Shown here in pieces: positions 17,266 through 26,959 of a stretch of DNA of 64,000 nucleotides (positions are counted from its first letter, which is position 1; the number at the start of each line of letters is the position of its first letter). A model generated the notes under the pieces. The model was given only the letters and a program-made list of their open reading frames with translations, did no database searches and was not told where the DNA came from. The DNA is from Polyangiaceae bacterium. Lineage in GTDB: Bacteria; Myxococcota_A; Polyangia; Polyangiales; Polyangiaceae. The position numbers were made by a program, and so were the translations under genes. Location: the NCBI GenBank assembly GCA_965222375.1, contig CBDCTZ010000016.1:1280001-1344000 (forward strand). Reading direction: 5' to 3'.

Positions 17266-18238
17266 GGGCTGCGGCCTTTGCTTCCTCGATCTGAACGGAA
17301 CCTTGGACTTTCTTTCGGACGTAGTACGGAGAGCGGCTCTGAGACTCGAAGTAGGTGCGCGCGACCATGTCCGCGACGAGGCCGAGCGAGAGCAACTGCA
17401 CGCCAACGACAACGAGCAGCACGCCGAGTAGGAGCAAGGGTCGCTCCCCGATGGCTTGGTGGTAGACCACCTTGGCAAAGGCCAGGTAGCCACACACAAG
17501 CACGCCCAGGGAAAAACAGGCCAGCCCCATCAGCCCAAAGACCTGCATCGGGCGCACCAGATACTGTTGCATGAAGCGAACCGTGGCCAGGTCCAGCACG
17601 ACCCGAAGGGTGCGCCCAATCCCGTAGTTACTCACTCCGAACTGGCGCGCGCGGTGGTTCACCTTCATTTCCACGATTCGCGCACCGATTTGGTCCGCGA
17701 GGGCGGGAATGAAGCGGTGCATTTCCCCATACAGCTTGAGCTCGCGGGCCAAGGTCCCGTTCAGCGCCTTCAGAGTGCAACCGTAGTCATGGAGCTTGAC
17801 CCCGGTCGTCTGACCGATGATCCAGTTGGCAGTCACCGAGGGCAACCGCCGGCTCAAGAACTTGTCTTTGCGATCGGCTCGCCAGCCAGCCACGACGTCG
17901 TACCCCTCGCGGAGCTTGGCCATCATGGCCGGGATGTCCGCCGGGTCGTTTTGCAGATCCGCGTCCATCAACACGACGACATCTCCGCGGGACTCGTCCA
18001 GGCCAGCTTGCAGGGCAGCGGTCTGACCGAAGTTACGTCGAAGCTGCACTGCAACGATGTGGGGATTGGTTTGGGCCTTCTGTTGAAGGACCTCGAAGCT
18101 TCGGTCCTTTGACCCGTCGTCGACGAGGATCAATTCGTATTCCTTGACCGCTCCCTCCAGGGCGTCCTGAAGTTCTTGGAGGAGATGGGGCAGGCTCTCC
18201 TCTTCGTTGTAGATTGGAACGATGACGGAAAGATCCAT
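17252..18238 (-). CDS. GT2 polyprenyl-phosphate glycosyltransferase (ArnC/GtrB/DPM1-like)
   Basis: LSVIVPIYNEE, LVDDGSKD, RNFGQTAA, MDADLQNDP, two C-terminal TM helices. Confidence 0.92.
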   Translation of the reverse strand: MDLSVIVPIYNEEESLPHLLQELQDALEGAVKEYELILVDDGSKDRSFEVLQQKAQTNPHIVAVQLRRNFGQTAALQAGLDESRGDVVVLMDADLQNDPADIPAMMAKLREGYDVVAGWRADRKDKFLSRRLPSVTANWIIGQTTGVKLHDYGCTLKALNGTLARELKLYGEMHRFIPALADQIGARIVEMKVNHRARQFGVSNYGIGRTLRVVLDLATVRFMQQYLVRPMQVFGLMGLACFSLGVLVCGYLAFAKVVYHQAIGERPLLLLGVLLVVVGVQLLSLGLVADMVARTYFESQSRSPYYVRKKVQGSVQIEEAKAAAHVEA

Positions 18239-18396
18239 GGCAAGAATTCTGAGAACATAGCGTTTCTGGGGCCCGCGACGCCACAAACCTCGGTTCCGTC
18301 ACTTGCGGCGCGCGTCGGCCTTAGATCCCCGCGTATTCACGCAGATTTGTGGTGCCCACCCTCGACCTATTGAAGGGACCGTGCCAAAGTACCGGC

Positions 18397-19401
18397 ATGA
18401 AGTGGTGGACGCTTACGCCCTTGGTGGCGATTCTTTTTGTAGGTTGCGGTAGTGATGACGACTCGGGCAGCGGCGGCGCAGGCGGCGTCGGTGCCACGGG
18501 CGGCGTCGGTGCCACAGGTGGTTTTGGTGCAACCGGTGGCTCGACGGGTGGCTCATCTGGCAGCGGTGGTTCGACTGGCGGCGCTTCCGGTAGCGGCGGT
18601 GCCACGGGCGGTACGGCAGGCAGCGCGGGTTCGGCGGGCACTGCGGGCTCGTCTGGCAGCGCGGGTACGGCTGGCACTGCGGGCTCGGCCGGCAGCGCAG
18701 GCTCGGCCGGCAGCGCAGGCTCGGCCGGCAGCGGTGGCGCGGGCGGCAGTGCGGGCTCAGCCGGCAGCGGTGGCACGGCGGGCAGCGCGGGTTCGGCGGG
18801 TAGCGGTGGCAGCGGTGGAGCGCCCTCGTGTCAGGCCCCGTCCGACAACTTCGACGATGCCGCCATCAACGCGATGTGGAGCGTTAAGGCTGACACCGGG
18901 ATGACGGTGACCGAGGCGGCTGGAGTGTTGGACGTCACGTTCACGGCGGCGCCCACCGGCATCGCCTATTCACGTATTGCCACGAAGGCCAAGCATGACC
19001 TCACGGGGTGCTCGGCAGAGGTCAAGCTCGATACGCTTCCCACCGCGCTGACTTCTGTCTACACGAACTTCACTGCCGATGACGGCACGGGCAACACGCT
19101 GGAGTTCTTTGTGAACAACGGCTCGCTGTCTGCGTTCATCTGGACCGGGGCCAACCCGGTGGAGTTGAAGAAGGACACCTTCGATGCCTTGAAGCACACC
19201 TGGTTGCGCCTCCGAGAATCGGGGGGAACAGTGTTTTGGGATACTTCTGGCGATGGCAAGACCTGGGCAAACTTCGCCTCGACGACGCCAACGTTCTCCA
19301 TCAAGACCATGAACTTCTTCCTCGGCTGTGGCACGTTCGCCGCCGAGGCGGTGAATCCCGGCAAGTCCGCGTTCGATAACTGGAATCTGCCCAAACCCTG
19401 A
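18397..19401 (+). CDS. Gly-linker lipoprotein with C-terminal beta-sandwich (possibly ConA-like) domain
   Basis: Lipobox LFVGC, GSAG repeats, SDNFDD...WLRLRESGGTVFWDTSGDGKTW...FDNWN. Confidence 0.78.
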   Translation: MKWWTLTPLVAILFVGCGSDDDSGSGGAGGVGATGGVGATGGFGATGGSTGGSSGSGGSTGGASGSGGATGGTAGSAGSAGTAGSSGSAGTAGTAGSAGSAGSAGSAGSAGSGGAGGSAGSAGSGGTAGSAGSAGSGGSGGAPSCQAPSDNFDDAAINAMWSVKADTGMTVTEAAGVLDVTFTAAPTGIAYSRIATKAKHDLTGCSAEVKLDTLPTALTSVYTNFTADDGTGNTLEFFVNNGSLSAFIWTGANPVELKKDTFDALKHTWLRLRESGGTVFWDTSGDGKTWANFASTTPTFSIKTMNFFLGCGTFAAEAVNPGKSAFDNWNLPKP

Positions 19402-19404
19402 TTT

Positions 19405-20235
19405 TCAGGGTTTGGGTTCGTCGTTTGCGCCGTCGTCAGTTGCGTCGGCGTGAGCCTGGGTAGTGCCTGCGTCTGAGAGCGTGGCGGTAGTCGCGTCGGC
19501 GTCGGGCACCAGCGTCGGTGCCGCGCTCGCGCCCGCCGGCGCGGCTTTCGCGCCGCTCGCCAAGGCCTGGTGCAGAGCGCTCGCGCCCGGTGAGGTGTGC
19601 TTGCGCTCGATCAGGATCCCATAGGGCGTAGCGCCCGCACCGTAGTAGGCCTGATTGAATGAGTCGCGGGCACCGACGACGGTGCCGTCCAGGGACAGCC
19701 CCGCAAACAGCCCGCCCACTTCCACGAACTGGTAGATGTCGCTCGCGGCGGTGGTCGCCGCGCCCTCCCCGGTTCCCCCGACGGTGCCTGCCGCCACGGT
19801 CGCATCTGCCCCCAACGTAATGCCCCGCTCGATGGTGCTGCGTAGCGCCGCTTCGTTCATGAAGAACAGCACCACAGCGGCTTCTTGGTAGCCCACCTGC
19901 AGACCCGCACTGCCAGCGCCCATCGAGTAGAACGCCGGAGCGCTCCAACCTCGGCCGTCCTTGGCCAGAAGCACGCCGTTACCGCCCTCGCCCCCGAAGA
20001 TCATGCTCGCCTTGATGATACGCGGGAAGATCATCACGCCGTGGGCGCGTTCGATGAAGTACTCGAGCGCCGGGTGTTGCGCGCTCCTCACGCGACGAAA
20101 GGCCTCTGCACTACGGTCGACGATCTTCTGTTGCGGTGAAGCATCCGGCGCGGAAGTGTGGGAGTCGCGGTAGCAACTGCCCGACGCCGCCACGGCACCC
20201 AGTGCCAGGGACACTGCCAAGAGCCGTTGAAACAT
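19405..20235 (-). CDS. SYLF/Ysc84 lipid-binding domain lipoprotein
   Basis: GGEGGNGVL, WSAPAF, GLQVG, GLFAGLSLDG. Confidence 0.9.
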   Translation of the reverse strand: MFQRLLAVSLALGAVAASGSCYRDSHTSAPDASPQQKIVDRSAEAFRRVRSAQHPALEYFIERAHGVMIFPRIIKASMIFGGEGGNGVLLAKDGRGWSAPAFYSMGAGSAGLQVGYQEAAVVLFFMNEAALRSTIERGITLGADATVAAGTVGGTGEGAATTAASDIYQFVEVGGLFAGLSLDGTVVGARDSFNQAYYGAGATPYGILIERKHTSPGASALHQALASGAKAAPAGASAAPTLVPDADATTATLSDAGTTQAHADATDDGANDEPKP

Positions 20236-20339
20236 GTGGAGGCTCTACCACGAGTACGCTATTTCTGGGCGGGTCCGGCACCATCCAAACAACGCCCGTC
20301 GCAGGAGTTGACGCTTGTCTACTGGGGCGCTTTGCGCGC

Positions 20340-21407
20340 TCACTTCGGCGTTGCGACGCAACAACCAGTCAGGCAGTAGTCGCCGTTGGGACATCCAGGC
20401 AAGCACGAGACTCCACACGGCTGCACGCCCGCGGGGCAGACCGGCGTGACGCAACTTCCACCGGTCCCGCCGCTGCCGCCAGAGCCGGCGGTTCCCCCCG
20501 CGCCCCCAGTGCCGGGGCTGCCGCCAGTGCCCGGAAAACAGCTCGGGGGCAGCGTGGTCTTGCCCAGGCAGAGCTCACACTCTTTGCAGTCGTTGAAGCA
20601 GCCCGTGACGATCGTGCACGGCTTGCACTTGCTCGGATCGCCGACGTCTTTGAGAGTGCAGGTTCCATTGTCCGAGGAGTCTTTCGAGCCCAGCCAAATC
20701 GGCGTCGATGCGCCGGGCACGTTGCAGCAGCCGAAGCAATCACAGCCGTTGGGCGTCAGTGGTCCACAGTAGTCCGTGCAGGCCTTTTCTTGACTGGTGC
20801 GCGCCTTGTCGCAAGACCACGGCGGCCCGCTGTTGATGACTTTTGTATTCGGGTCGTACTTGCACTCGTCGCCTTCTGGCGGATAGTTGGGAGCGACCGA
20901 CAGCTTGTCGCAGCGATGGTCCCAGAAGCATTGGTCGTTTCCCGACCCCGAGTCTTGGTCGAAGTAGCAATCTTGCAGGCATGGTGGAGCAGCTTGACCC
21001 GGGATGTTTCCCTTGTAGCCGCTCTCGTTGTTGTCGCATGGCCCAAAACAATCCGGATCTTCCGAGTCGATTAGGCCATCCTTGTCGTTGTCCACGGTGT
21101 CGCCGCACTGATACGTCTTGCCTTGGCACTGGGCGATGGTCGGCGCGCCGCCGCTGCCCGTGGCCCCGGTGCCGGTAGCGCCGGTGCCGGTAGCGCCCGT
21201 GCCTGTGGCGCCGGTTCCAGTCGCGCCGGTGCCCGTGGCGCCGGTTCCAGTCGCGCCCGTTCCGGCGCCGCTGACACCTGCTCCCCCTGCGGCACCTGAC
21301 TGTCCGCCGCCAGCGCCGCCGCTGCCCGGGTTGTCGTTTTCGTCCGAACTACTGCACGCGAAGACAGAGATCGCCAGCAAGGCCGCCAAACGGGGGTAGG
21401 TCACCAT
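20340..21407 (-). CDS. Gly-linker, Cys/Asp-rich lipoprotein
   Basis: Lipobox SVFAC, (TGATG)n, CGDTVDNDKDGLIDSEDPDC Ca-binding-like motif, many Cys. Confidence 0.82.
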   Translation of the reverse strand: MVTYPRLAALLAISVFACSSSDENDNPGSGGAGGGQSGAAGGAGVSGAGTGATGTGATGTGATGTGATGTGATGTGATGTGATGSGGAPTIAQCQGKTYQCGDTVDNDKDGLIDSEDPDCFGPCDNNESGYKGNIPGQAAPPCLQDCYFDQDSGSGNDQCFWDHRCDKLSVAPNYPPEGDECKYDPNTKVINSGPPWSCDKARTSQEKACTDYCGPLTPNGCDCFGCCNVPGASTPIWLGSKDSSDNGTCTLKDVGDPSKCKPCTIVTGCFNDCKECELCLGKTTLPPSCFPGTGGSPGTGGAGGTAGSGGSGGTGGSCVTPVCPAGVQPCGVSCLPGCPNGDYCLTGCCVATPK

Positions 21408-21538
21408 GATCCAATGGTGAATCACATCCGACAAGCTGTCTACTTTGTCGCGAAAGCACCCTCACTTCCACGCCTTCACGAGCCAAACACGTAGCGATGA
21501 GCCGCGCCGGGCCGCACGGTGCTGGGTCGAGAAGCGCG

Positions 21539-22312
21539 CTAGGACCCGCACCAATCGTTACACGTGGTGCCGGGAGTCAGCGTGAAACAGATCTTCTGGC
21601 CAAAGGCGCAGGTGCAACACGTTGCCGCGGAGCCGCACACCACCGCTCCGCATTGCCCCCCGGTTTGCCCCCCGGAGCCGCCGCTGGCGCTCGAACCGCC
21701 CGAACCGCTGGACCCTCCACTTCCGCCTCCACCGCAGGAACCGCAGTCCTGCTTTGCTTGACTGACGCAGGCGCTGTCCCATTCGGTGTTGCAGCAAAAG
21801 CTGTCCAATGCGCACACGCAAGCTTGCACGGTTGGGTTCGAGCAGCCTGGGGTTGTATGCACTGCGCAGCACGTTCCACCGCCTCCGCTGCCGCCAGTGC
21901 CCGGAGAGCCTCCAATGCCTCCAGCGCCACCGCTGCTGGTGCCGCCGGTTGCAAGTCCTCCGCTTCCGCTGGTGCCACTGGAACCCCCGGTTGCAAAGCC
22001 GCCGCTGCCACTCGTGCCGCTGGAGCCCCCGGTGGCAGACCCGCCGCTGCCGCTGTTGCCCCCGAAGCCGGCAAAGGCCCCAGTGCCGCCGGTTTGCGGA
22101 CTTCCACCTGCGCCGGCGCTACCGCCCGATTGTTTGACGCCGCCAGAACCGAAAGCGCCGAAGCCGCCCGAGCCCGTCGTCGCGCCACCGCCATCAACGC
22201 CCTTGCACACGCTGCCATCCGGGCAACCGCCGCCGCCACCCGCGCTAGAGCTACATGCGGCCAGTATCAATGCGGAACAGACGCCAGCGAGGCGTAGACT
22301 CAATGAACTCAT
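21539..22312 (-). CDS. Gly-linker, Cys-rich lipoprotein
   Basis: Lipobox ILAAC; module CCAVHTTPGC..ACVCALDSFCCNTEWDSACV. Confidence 0.78.
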   Translation of the reverse strand: MSSLSLRLAGVCSALILAACSSSAGGGGGCPDGSVCKGVDGGGATTGSGGFGAFGSGGVKQSGGSAGAGGSPQTGGTGAFAGFGGNSGSGGSATGGSSGTSGSGGFATGGSSGTSGSGGLATGGTSSGGAGGIGGSPGTGGSGGGGTCCAVHTTPGCSNPTVQACVCALDSFCCNTEWDSACVSQAKQDCGSCGGGGSGGSSGSGGSSASGGSGGQTGGQCGAVVCGSAATCCTCAFGQKICFTLTPGTTCNDWCGS

Positions 22313-22498
22313 TCTCGCGCGTGATGCAATCATGATGCCACTCCCAAAGGCGGCGCCTAGCACGGCTTTCCTGAACAGGCTTGCCACCAAACCGGGGCGC
22401 AGCCGCCCCAACAGGTGGAACGGGGTGTGGCCGGTCCACCCTCCTGCGTCCATTGAGTCCAAGGCGCCGGTGGCGCCAGGGGTGTCTTGGGGTTCACC

Positions 22499-24019
22499 TC
22501 AACGCGGCGGGCCACCCGGAAACACACTCGGCGGCGGGGGCGTCAAGCTGCCGCGGTCCGCGGCTTTGACCAGAACTCGCAGCCACTTGCGCAATTGCGA
22601 GAAGATCAAGAACTCATCGTGAACTCGAAGCTGCCCCTGTCGACCCCAGGCATCTCGCTCGTCGGGCTCGTTGAGCATCAGGACGAGGGCCGTGGCGATC
22701 ACGTCTGGATCCGAGGCGTTGGCGTGCAGGCGGCCGTCGATGCCGTCGCGGATCTGCTGCCGAATGCCACAGGCCGGCGCTCCGAGCACGGGCACCCGCT
22801 TCCACATCGGTTCGGTAACCGTCAATCCGAAGCCCTCTTGGAGCGAGTTCTGCACCACGATGCTGGAGCAAGTCTGAAGTGCGTTGACCATCAACGCGTT
22901 CTCCCGGCTCGACGCCATGGGAAGGGACAAGATCACGATGTCTTTGCGGACATCTGGCTCGATCGACACGTACTTCTTCTTCAAGTCCTCGAGAACGTCC
23001 TTGGCTTCTGGATCGTCGGCGACCGACGCCGGCTCCGGTCCGGCGAAGACCAGGCGGCACAAGTCGAAACGCTTGCGCTGGTCCTCGGTCAAGTTTGGGA
23101 TCTTGCGGTGATCGCGTTTGAGTTGCACGAAAGCGTTGAGTAGTGGCGACCACCCCTTCAACGCATCCCAGCGTGAGATTTGAGTGATGATTGGCCGGAA
23201 CAACAGGCCGATTTCGTCTGGCTCCAGCGCCGAGCCAAACTCGCCCTCGGCGTTCAGGCGCTCGGCGCGGGTTTCAAATGGGGGGCGTAGCACGGGGTTG
23301 TGCTCCGCCATCAGGCCCGAGTTGCACAAGATCCCGGTGAGATGCACGGCAGCGAGGGGACGATTCTTGTCCGTGAGGGGGTCGATGGCTGGTGTGATCA
23401 GGGATACGCGTCCGGTTAGAAACTCCGGGATATACTCGGGCGCCGTGAAAACGCCGTAGTCGTATTCGTTCAAATGAGGTTGCAGGAATTGCCACACCGC
23501 TTGGGTTTGGGCGTTGGTTTCGTCCAAACCGATGTGACAGCGCCAAAGGGCAACCACATCTTGTCGCTGGCGAATCAACGCACCCATGCCGGCGGGTTGT
23601 GGGTCGTGAATGACGAGAAGATCTCCTGGTGCCAGGAGTGGCGAGAATTCGTCGGCTAGTTCGCTGCTGACCGCGTTGTAGAGCTCACGCTCCTCGGCAG
23701 AGAAACCCGGATCTCCTGCGCCGTGGATCATGTTGTGGATGCGTTTGGTCAAATCAAAGAACTCGGTTCGCTCCGTTCCAATCACCATCCAGCGAGTTTT
23801 CAGGCCGAGTTCCCGCAACAATGCAACTTGCCGCGGCAGCATTTCCGCGACGCCGCCACCTTTGGCCGTGGAGTTGACCATCCAGAGCGTCTTGCCCCGC
23901 AGGGCACGGACGAGCGGAACAGCCTCACGCTTGAGCTCGCGAACGGCATGCGCGATGTGCGCGTAGGCTTCATAGTCCGAGAGCTCCAGGCCCTTCGGAA
24001 CCTCCACTTCCTCGATCAT
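22499..24019 (-). CDS. treT: GT4 glycosyltransferase, trehalose synthase TreT-like
   Basis: VNSTAKGGGVAEML, IHDPQP, WRCHI, QISRWD, QNSLQEGFGLTVTEPMWK. Confidence 0.82.
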   Translation of the reverse strand: MIEEVEVPKGLELSDYEAYAHIAHAVRELKREAVPLVRALRGKTLWMVNSTAKGGGVAEMLPRQVALLRELGLKTRWMVIGTERTEFFDLTKRIHNMIHGAGDPGFSAEERELYNAVSSELADEFSPLLAPGDLLVIHDPQPAGMGALIRQRQDVVALWRCHIGLDETNAQTQAVWQFLQPHLNEYDYGVFTAPEYIPEFLTGRVSLITPAIDPLTDKNRPLAAVHLTGILCNSGLMAEHNPVLRPPFETRAERLNAEGEFGSALEPDEIGLLFRPIITQISRWDALKGWSPLLNAFVQLKRDHRKIPNLTEDQRKRFDLCRLVFAGPEPASVADDPEAKDVLEDLKKKYVSIEPDVRKDIVILSLPMASSRENALMVNALQTCSSIVVQNSLQEGFGLTVTEPMWKRVPVLGAPACGIRQQIRDGIDGRLHANASDPDVIATALVLMLNEPDERDAWGRQGQLRVHDEFLIFSQLRKWLRVLVKAADRGSLTPPPPSVFPGGPPR

Positions 24020-25833
24020 ATTCCCTCCTCATTGCCCCAAGCGGCACGTCGACTGCGTCTCCTCACTATCAGCGGCAGCATGGCGAGCGCGGTGAACCAC
24101 CACGGGTTGCTCTTCTGTCGCGTTGGCACCCGGCAGCCGCAGCCCGAGTCGCCTTCACTGCCACCACCTGCGTTGTTCGCCCCGCTGCCGCTGGATCCCG
24201 CGCTTCCCGCAGCGCCTCCGCTTGAGCTCCCGCCCTGCCCGGCGCCCGCGGCGCTGCCGCCGGCACCTGAGCCAGAACTCCCACCCGCGCCGCTGCCTGC
24301 GGCGCCACCGAGGCGCTTCTTGCGCATCGCAACCCACAGGTTCGGCGGATCCAGATCGGAAGGCGCGATGCCCTCGAACCACCAGTCGTAGGGCGAAGTT
24401 GCCGAGGTGGCTGCGGTGCGGAAGCCCACGTAGTTCATACGCGGACCGTAATCGTCCTTCGCCAAGCTCATGTCCTGGTCTGCGGTTACGTTCCAGAGTG
24501 TGTCGTAGGCGGCGGTGTGTGGTCCTCGATTCGCTGAGCCACCACTCTTCCATGGCCGCGTCCCGGCGCCGCAATCCACCTCGGTCCAGAGCGTGGCATA
24601 GGGCGCAGCGCGATGATGGTCCATGGCCAGGTCGGCGCCGCGGCCTTGGGTCACGACAATACCCGTCGCATACCATTCGTTGGTGATGTCGTGGATCATC
24701 TGCGTCTTGATGTCGAAACCGATGAACAGGTTGTCGCCACCGTGGCCATTGTTGAGGCCGTGGTGACCACTGCGGTTGTTGTCGGCCTCGATCACGACAT
24801 CCTGGACCGTCACGAAGTGCCCGTGGGTCACGTTCACAGCGTAGTCAGCATTGGATATGCGTACGTTGCGCACCCAGGAGTCCTGCAAATTGTGAAAGTG
24901 GATCGCGTTGTAGCCTTGCTCCTTGAAATGCCCCGGGTAAGTCGTAGTCGGGAACTCGATCGCCAGGTGTTCCACTCCGACCTCACTGCTTTTTGGCACC
25001 ACGCTCTTCACCGTGGGCTTCCAAGGCAGCTCGATGTCGACGGGGATGGCACGCTCGATGTCGATGCTGCCGCTGCCGACTGCAGTGACGCGGGTATAGA
25101 AATCCATGCCCTTGTCGCCGATGTTGTCGTCGCCCCCGGGTAGCAGGTCCGCGTGCAGTCGCTTGATCAAGTCCCCGTTGACATCGGTCTGCTCGATCTG
25201 GATCCAGTCCCCGACTTTGATTCCTGTGGTGGTATCCAGGCTCAGCTTGGTGTCGCCCCGCTTGGCGGCCTGCGTGACGTCCGCGAGCTTCTTGCCGCTG
25301 TCGCCCCCGTCGGCCTCGATGAACGCTGCCCCGAAGGAGTAGCTGGATTTGCCCCCGCCGCTCAGCCCGGTATTGCCATAAGCGTCGGTCAAGCTGACGG
25401 GGATGTCCAAGATGGTCTTGCTCGGGCCCGCGCCCTGAAGCACCACGCCGCTGTCGAGGGTCAGCTTCTTCTTGATGATGAACTTGCCTGCTGGGATTCC
25501 GATGACATCGCCAGATTTCGCCGCTGAAAGCGCCGCCTCAAAGGCTGCGGTGTCGTCGCTGCTGTCGTCAGCCGTCGCGCCGTGGTCGGTGACGCTCAGG
25601 GTTGGGGTGAGGGTCGGTAGGGTTGCTTCACCCGCGCGGTAGCCGGCGTACGACCAGTCCATCAACCGCCCGGTAGGGTCGAATAGTTCGCCACTTGCTC
25701 CCCACAAGGTGGACTGGTTGGGAGTCAGTGCCTCGCCGGTGTGAGCGACGCCCTCCTTCGCAGGCCCATGGCCGCAAGCTGCCGCTGCCGCTAACAGAAT
25801 GAGCGTACACGACGTTCGAAAGTGATGATCCAT
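24016..25833 (-). CDS. Secreted pectin-lyase-fold (beta-helix) protein with MYXO-CTERM-type anchor
   Basis: DWSYAGYRAGE, SVTDHGATADDSSDDTAAFEAAL; C-terminus GDSGCGCRV...WWFTALAMLPLIVRRRSRR. Confidence 0.82.
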   Translation of the reverse strand: MDHHFRTSCTLILLAAAAACGHGPAKEGVAHTGEALTPNQSTLWGASGELFDPTGRLMDWSYAGYRAGEATLPTLTPTLSVTDHGATADDSSDDTAAFEAALSAAKSGDVIGIPAGKFIIKKKLTLDSGVVLQGAGPSKTILDIPVSLTDAYGNTGLSGGGKSSYSFGAAFIEADGGDSGKKLADVTQAAKRGDTKLSLDTTTGIKVGDWIQIEQTDVNGDLIKRLHADLLPGGDDNIGDKGMDFYTRVTAVGSGSIDIERAIPVDIELPWKPTVKSVVPKSSEVGVEHLAIEFPTTTYPGHFKEQGYNAIHFHNLQDSWVRNVRISNADYAVNVTHGHFVTVQDVVIEADNNRSGHHGLNNGHGGDNLFIGFDIKTQMIHDITNEWYATGIVVTQGRGADLAMDHHRAAPYATLWTEVDCGAGTRPWKSGGSANRGPHTAAYDTLWNVTADQDMSLAKDDYGPRMNYVGFRTAATSATSPYDWWFEGIAPSDLDPPNLWVAMRKKRLGGAAGSGAGGSSGSGAGGSAAGAGQGGSSSGGAAGSAGSSGSGANNAGGGSEGDSGCGCRVPTRQKSNPWWFTALAMLPLIVRRRSRRAAWGNEEGI

Positions 25834-26141
25834 GCCAAGAATGTAACATGCGGGTCGCTGTCCGACCTCAGCCTCCCATGGCGCATCCGGTGCGTGGGTC
25901 AAGCGCTGTACAACCGACGCGTTTTGGGCTGTTCGCCCCGTGCAGAGCAAGCAGCCATTCATGACGGGATCTACCCAAAAAACGCGATCCCAAACGCCCC
26001 GCTTCCGGGTGCGTTCTAGTTTCGAACCTCGCTGCCGGCAGCTCCCGCGCGCTATTTGCGCGCAACTTCGGTCAACGTACCGTCCGGCTCTAGCGCGACC
26101 CCCCAAATCTCGCTTCGGATCGGTGTGACGTACACGCGCAT

Positions 26142-26528
26142 TCATTGGACGTCCTTGTGGCGTGGACCGCCCTTCACGCGAAGCTTTCTGAGCCAAGCTG
26201 CGAGCTTGGACGTCGAAGGCGCAGCGTTCGCGGCGCTCGGCACGAACGTGGTCGAGATGTCGTTGCGCCTCACACCCGGTCCTCCGCTGAACAAGACCAG
26301 GTCGCCTTCGGGCACCGCAACCACGTCGCTGGAGCGGCGTTCCTCAGTGATGACTTGAATGGGCTTGTGCGGGCCCCCGTCGGCTAGGCGCAACGCACGG
26401 AGTCCGCCATACGTGCCCCTATCGTGTTCCCGATAGGTAAGCATGCAGTTCGCGGGCCCGCAGGCCACCGGAGGACTTCTCTGCGTGCCCGACGGCCCGG
26501 TGAGTGCGATGGCGGTTTTGTCCAGGTA
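26142..26528 (-). pseudogene. Possible remnant of a secreted repeat/propeller protein gene
   Basis: YLDKTAIALTGPSGTQRSPPVACGPANCMLTY resembles extracellular repeat units of myxobacterial proteins; no signal peptide, upstream stop. Confidence 0.3.
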
Positions 26529-26959
26529 GCGGCAGGCTCTTTGTTGGGGGGATCGCGGTCAGAGCGACAGGGTGGGTCGTTGGCGGTTTCTATGGGGGAT
26601 GTGCCGGCCCCTGCCGTCATCGAAGGTTCATCGCGGTGCGCCGGGGGGCATCCGCTGAGGGGAGAAGGCTGGACTTCTGGCGCGCTGGCGAAAGTCTACG
26701 GACTGCCCGTGCTGCTGGTCCATGAAGCGCGCTGCCCCACCACTGCAGCACGGCACCCGGGGTGAGTCCCGTTTGCCGCACGCCACCCTCGCGTGACACC
26801 CGTCTGCCGCGTGGCCCCTGCGCGGCTGCCGCGGGAGCCGCGCCGCGGCGCGGGGCCGTGGGACGGACCAAAAACTGCAGTCGCGCCCCGTTTCCCTGCG
26901 GCTCCCCAAAAACCCGGGCTGCAATCCGGTGCACTGATTCTGCTAACCTGCGCCGCTCG

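Noticed and set aside
26096..26113. CGACCCCCCAAATCTCGC as another copy of the 42-bp motif
   Set aside because: Contains look-alikes of both boxes but not in the right orientation or 23-nt spacing.
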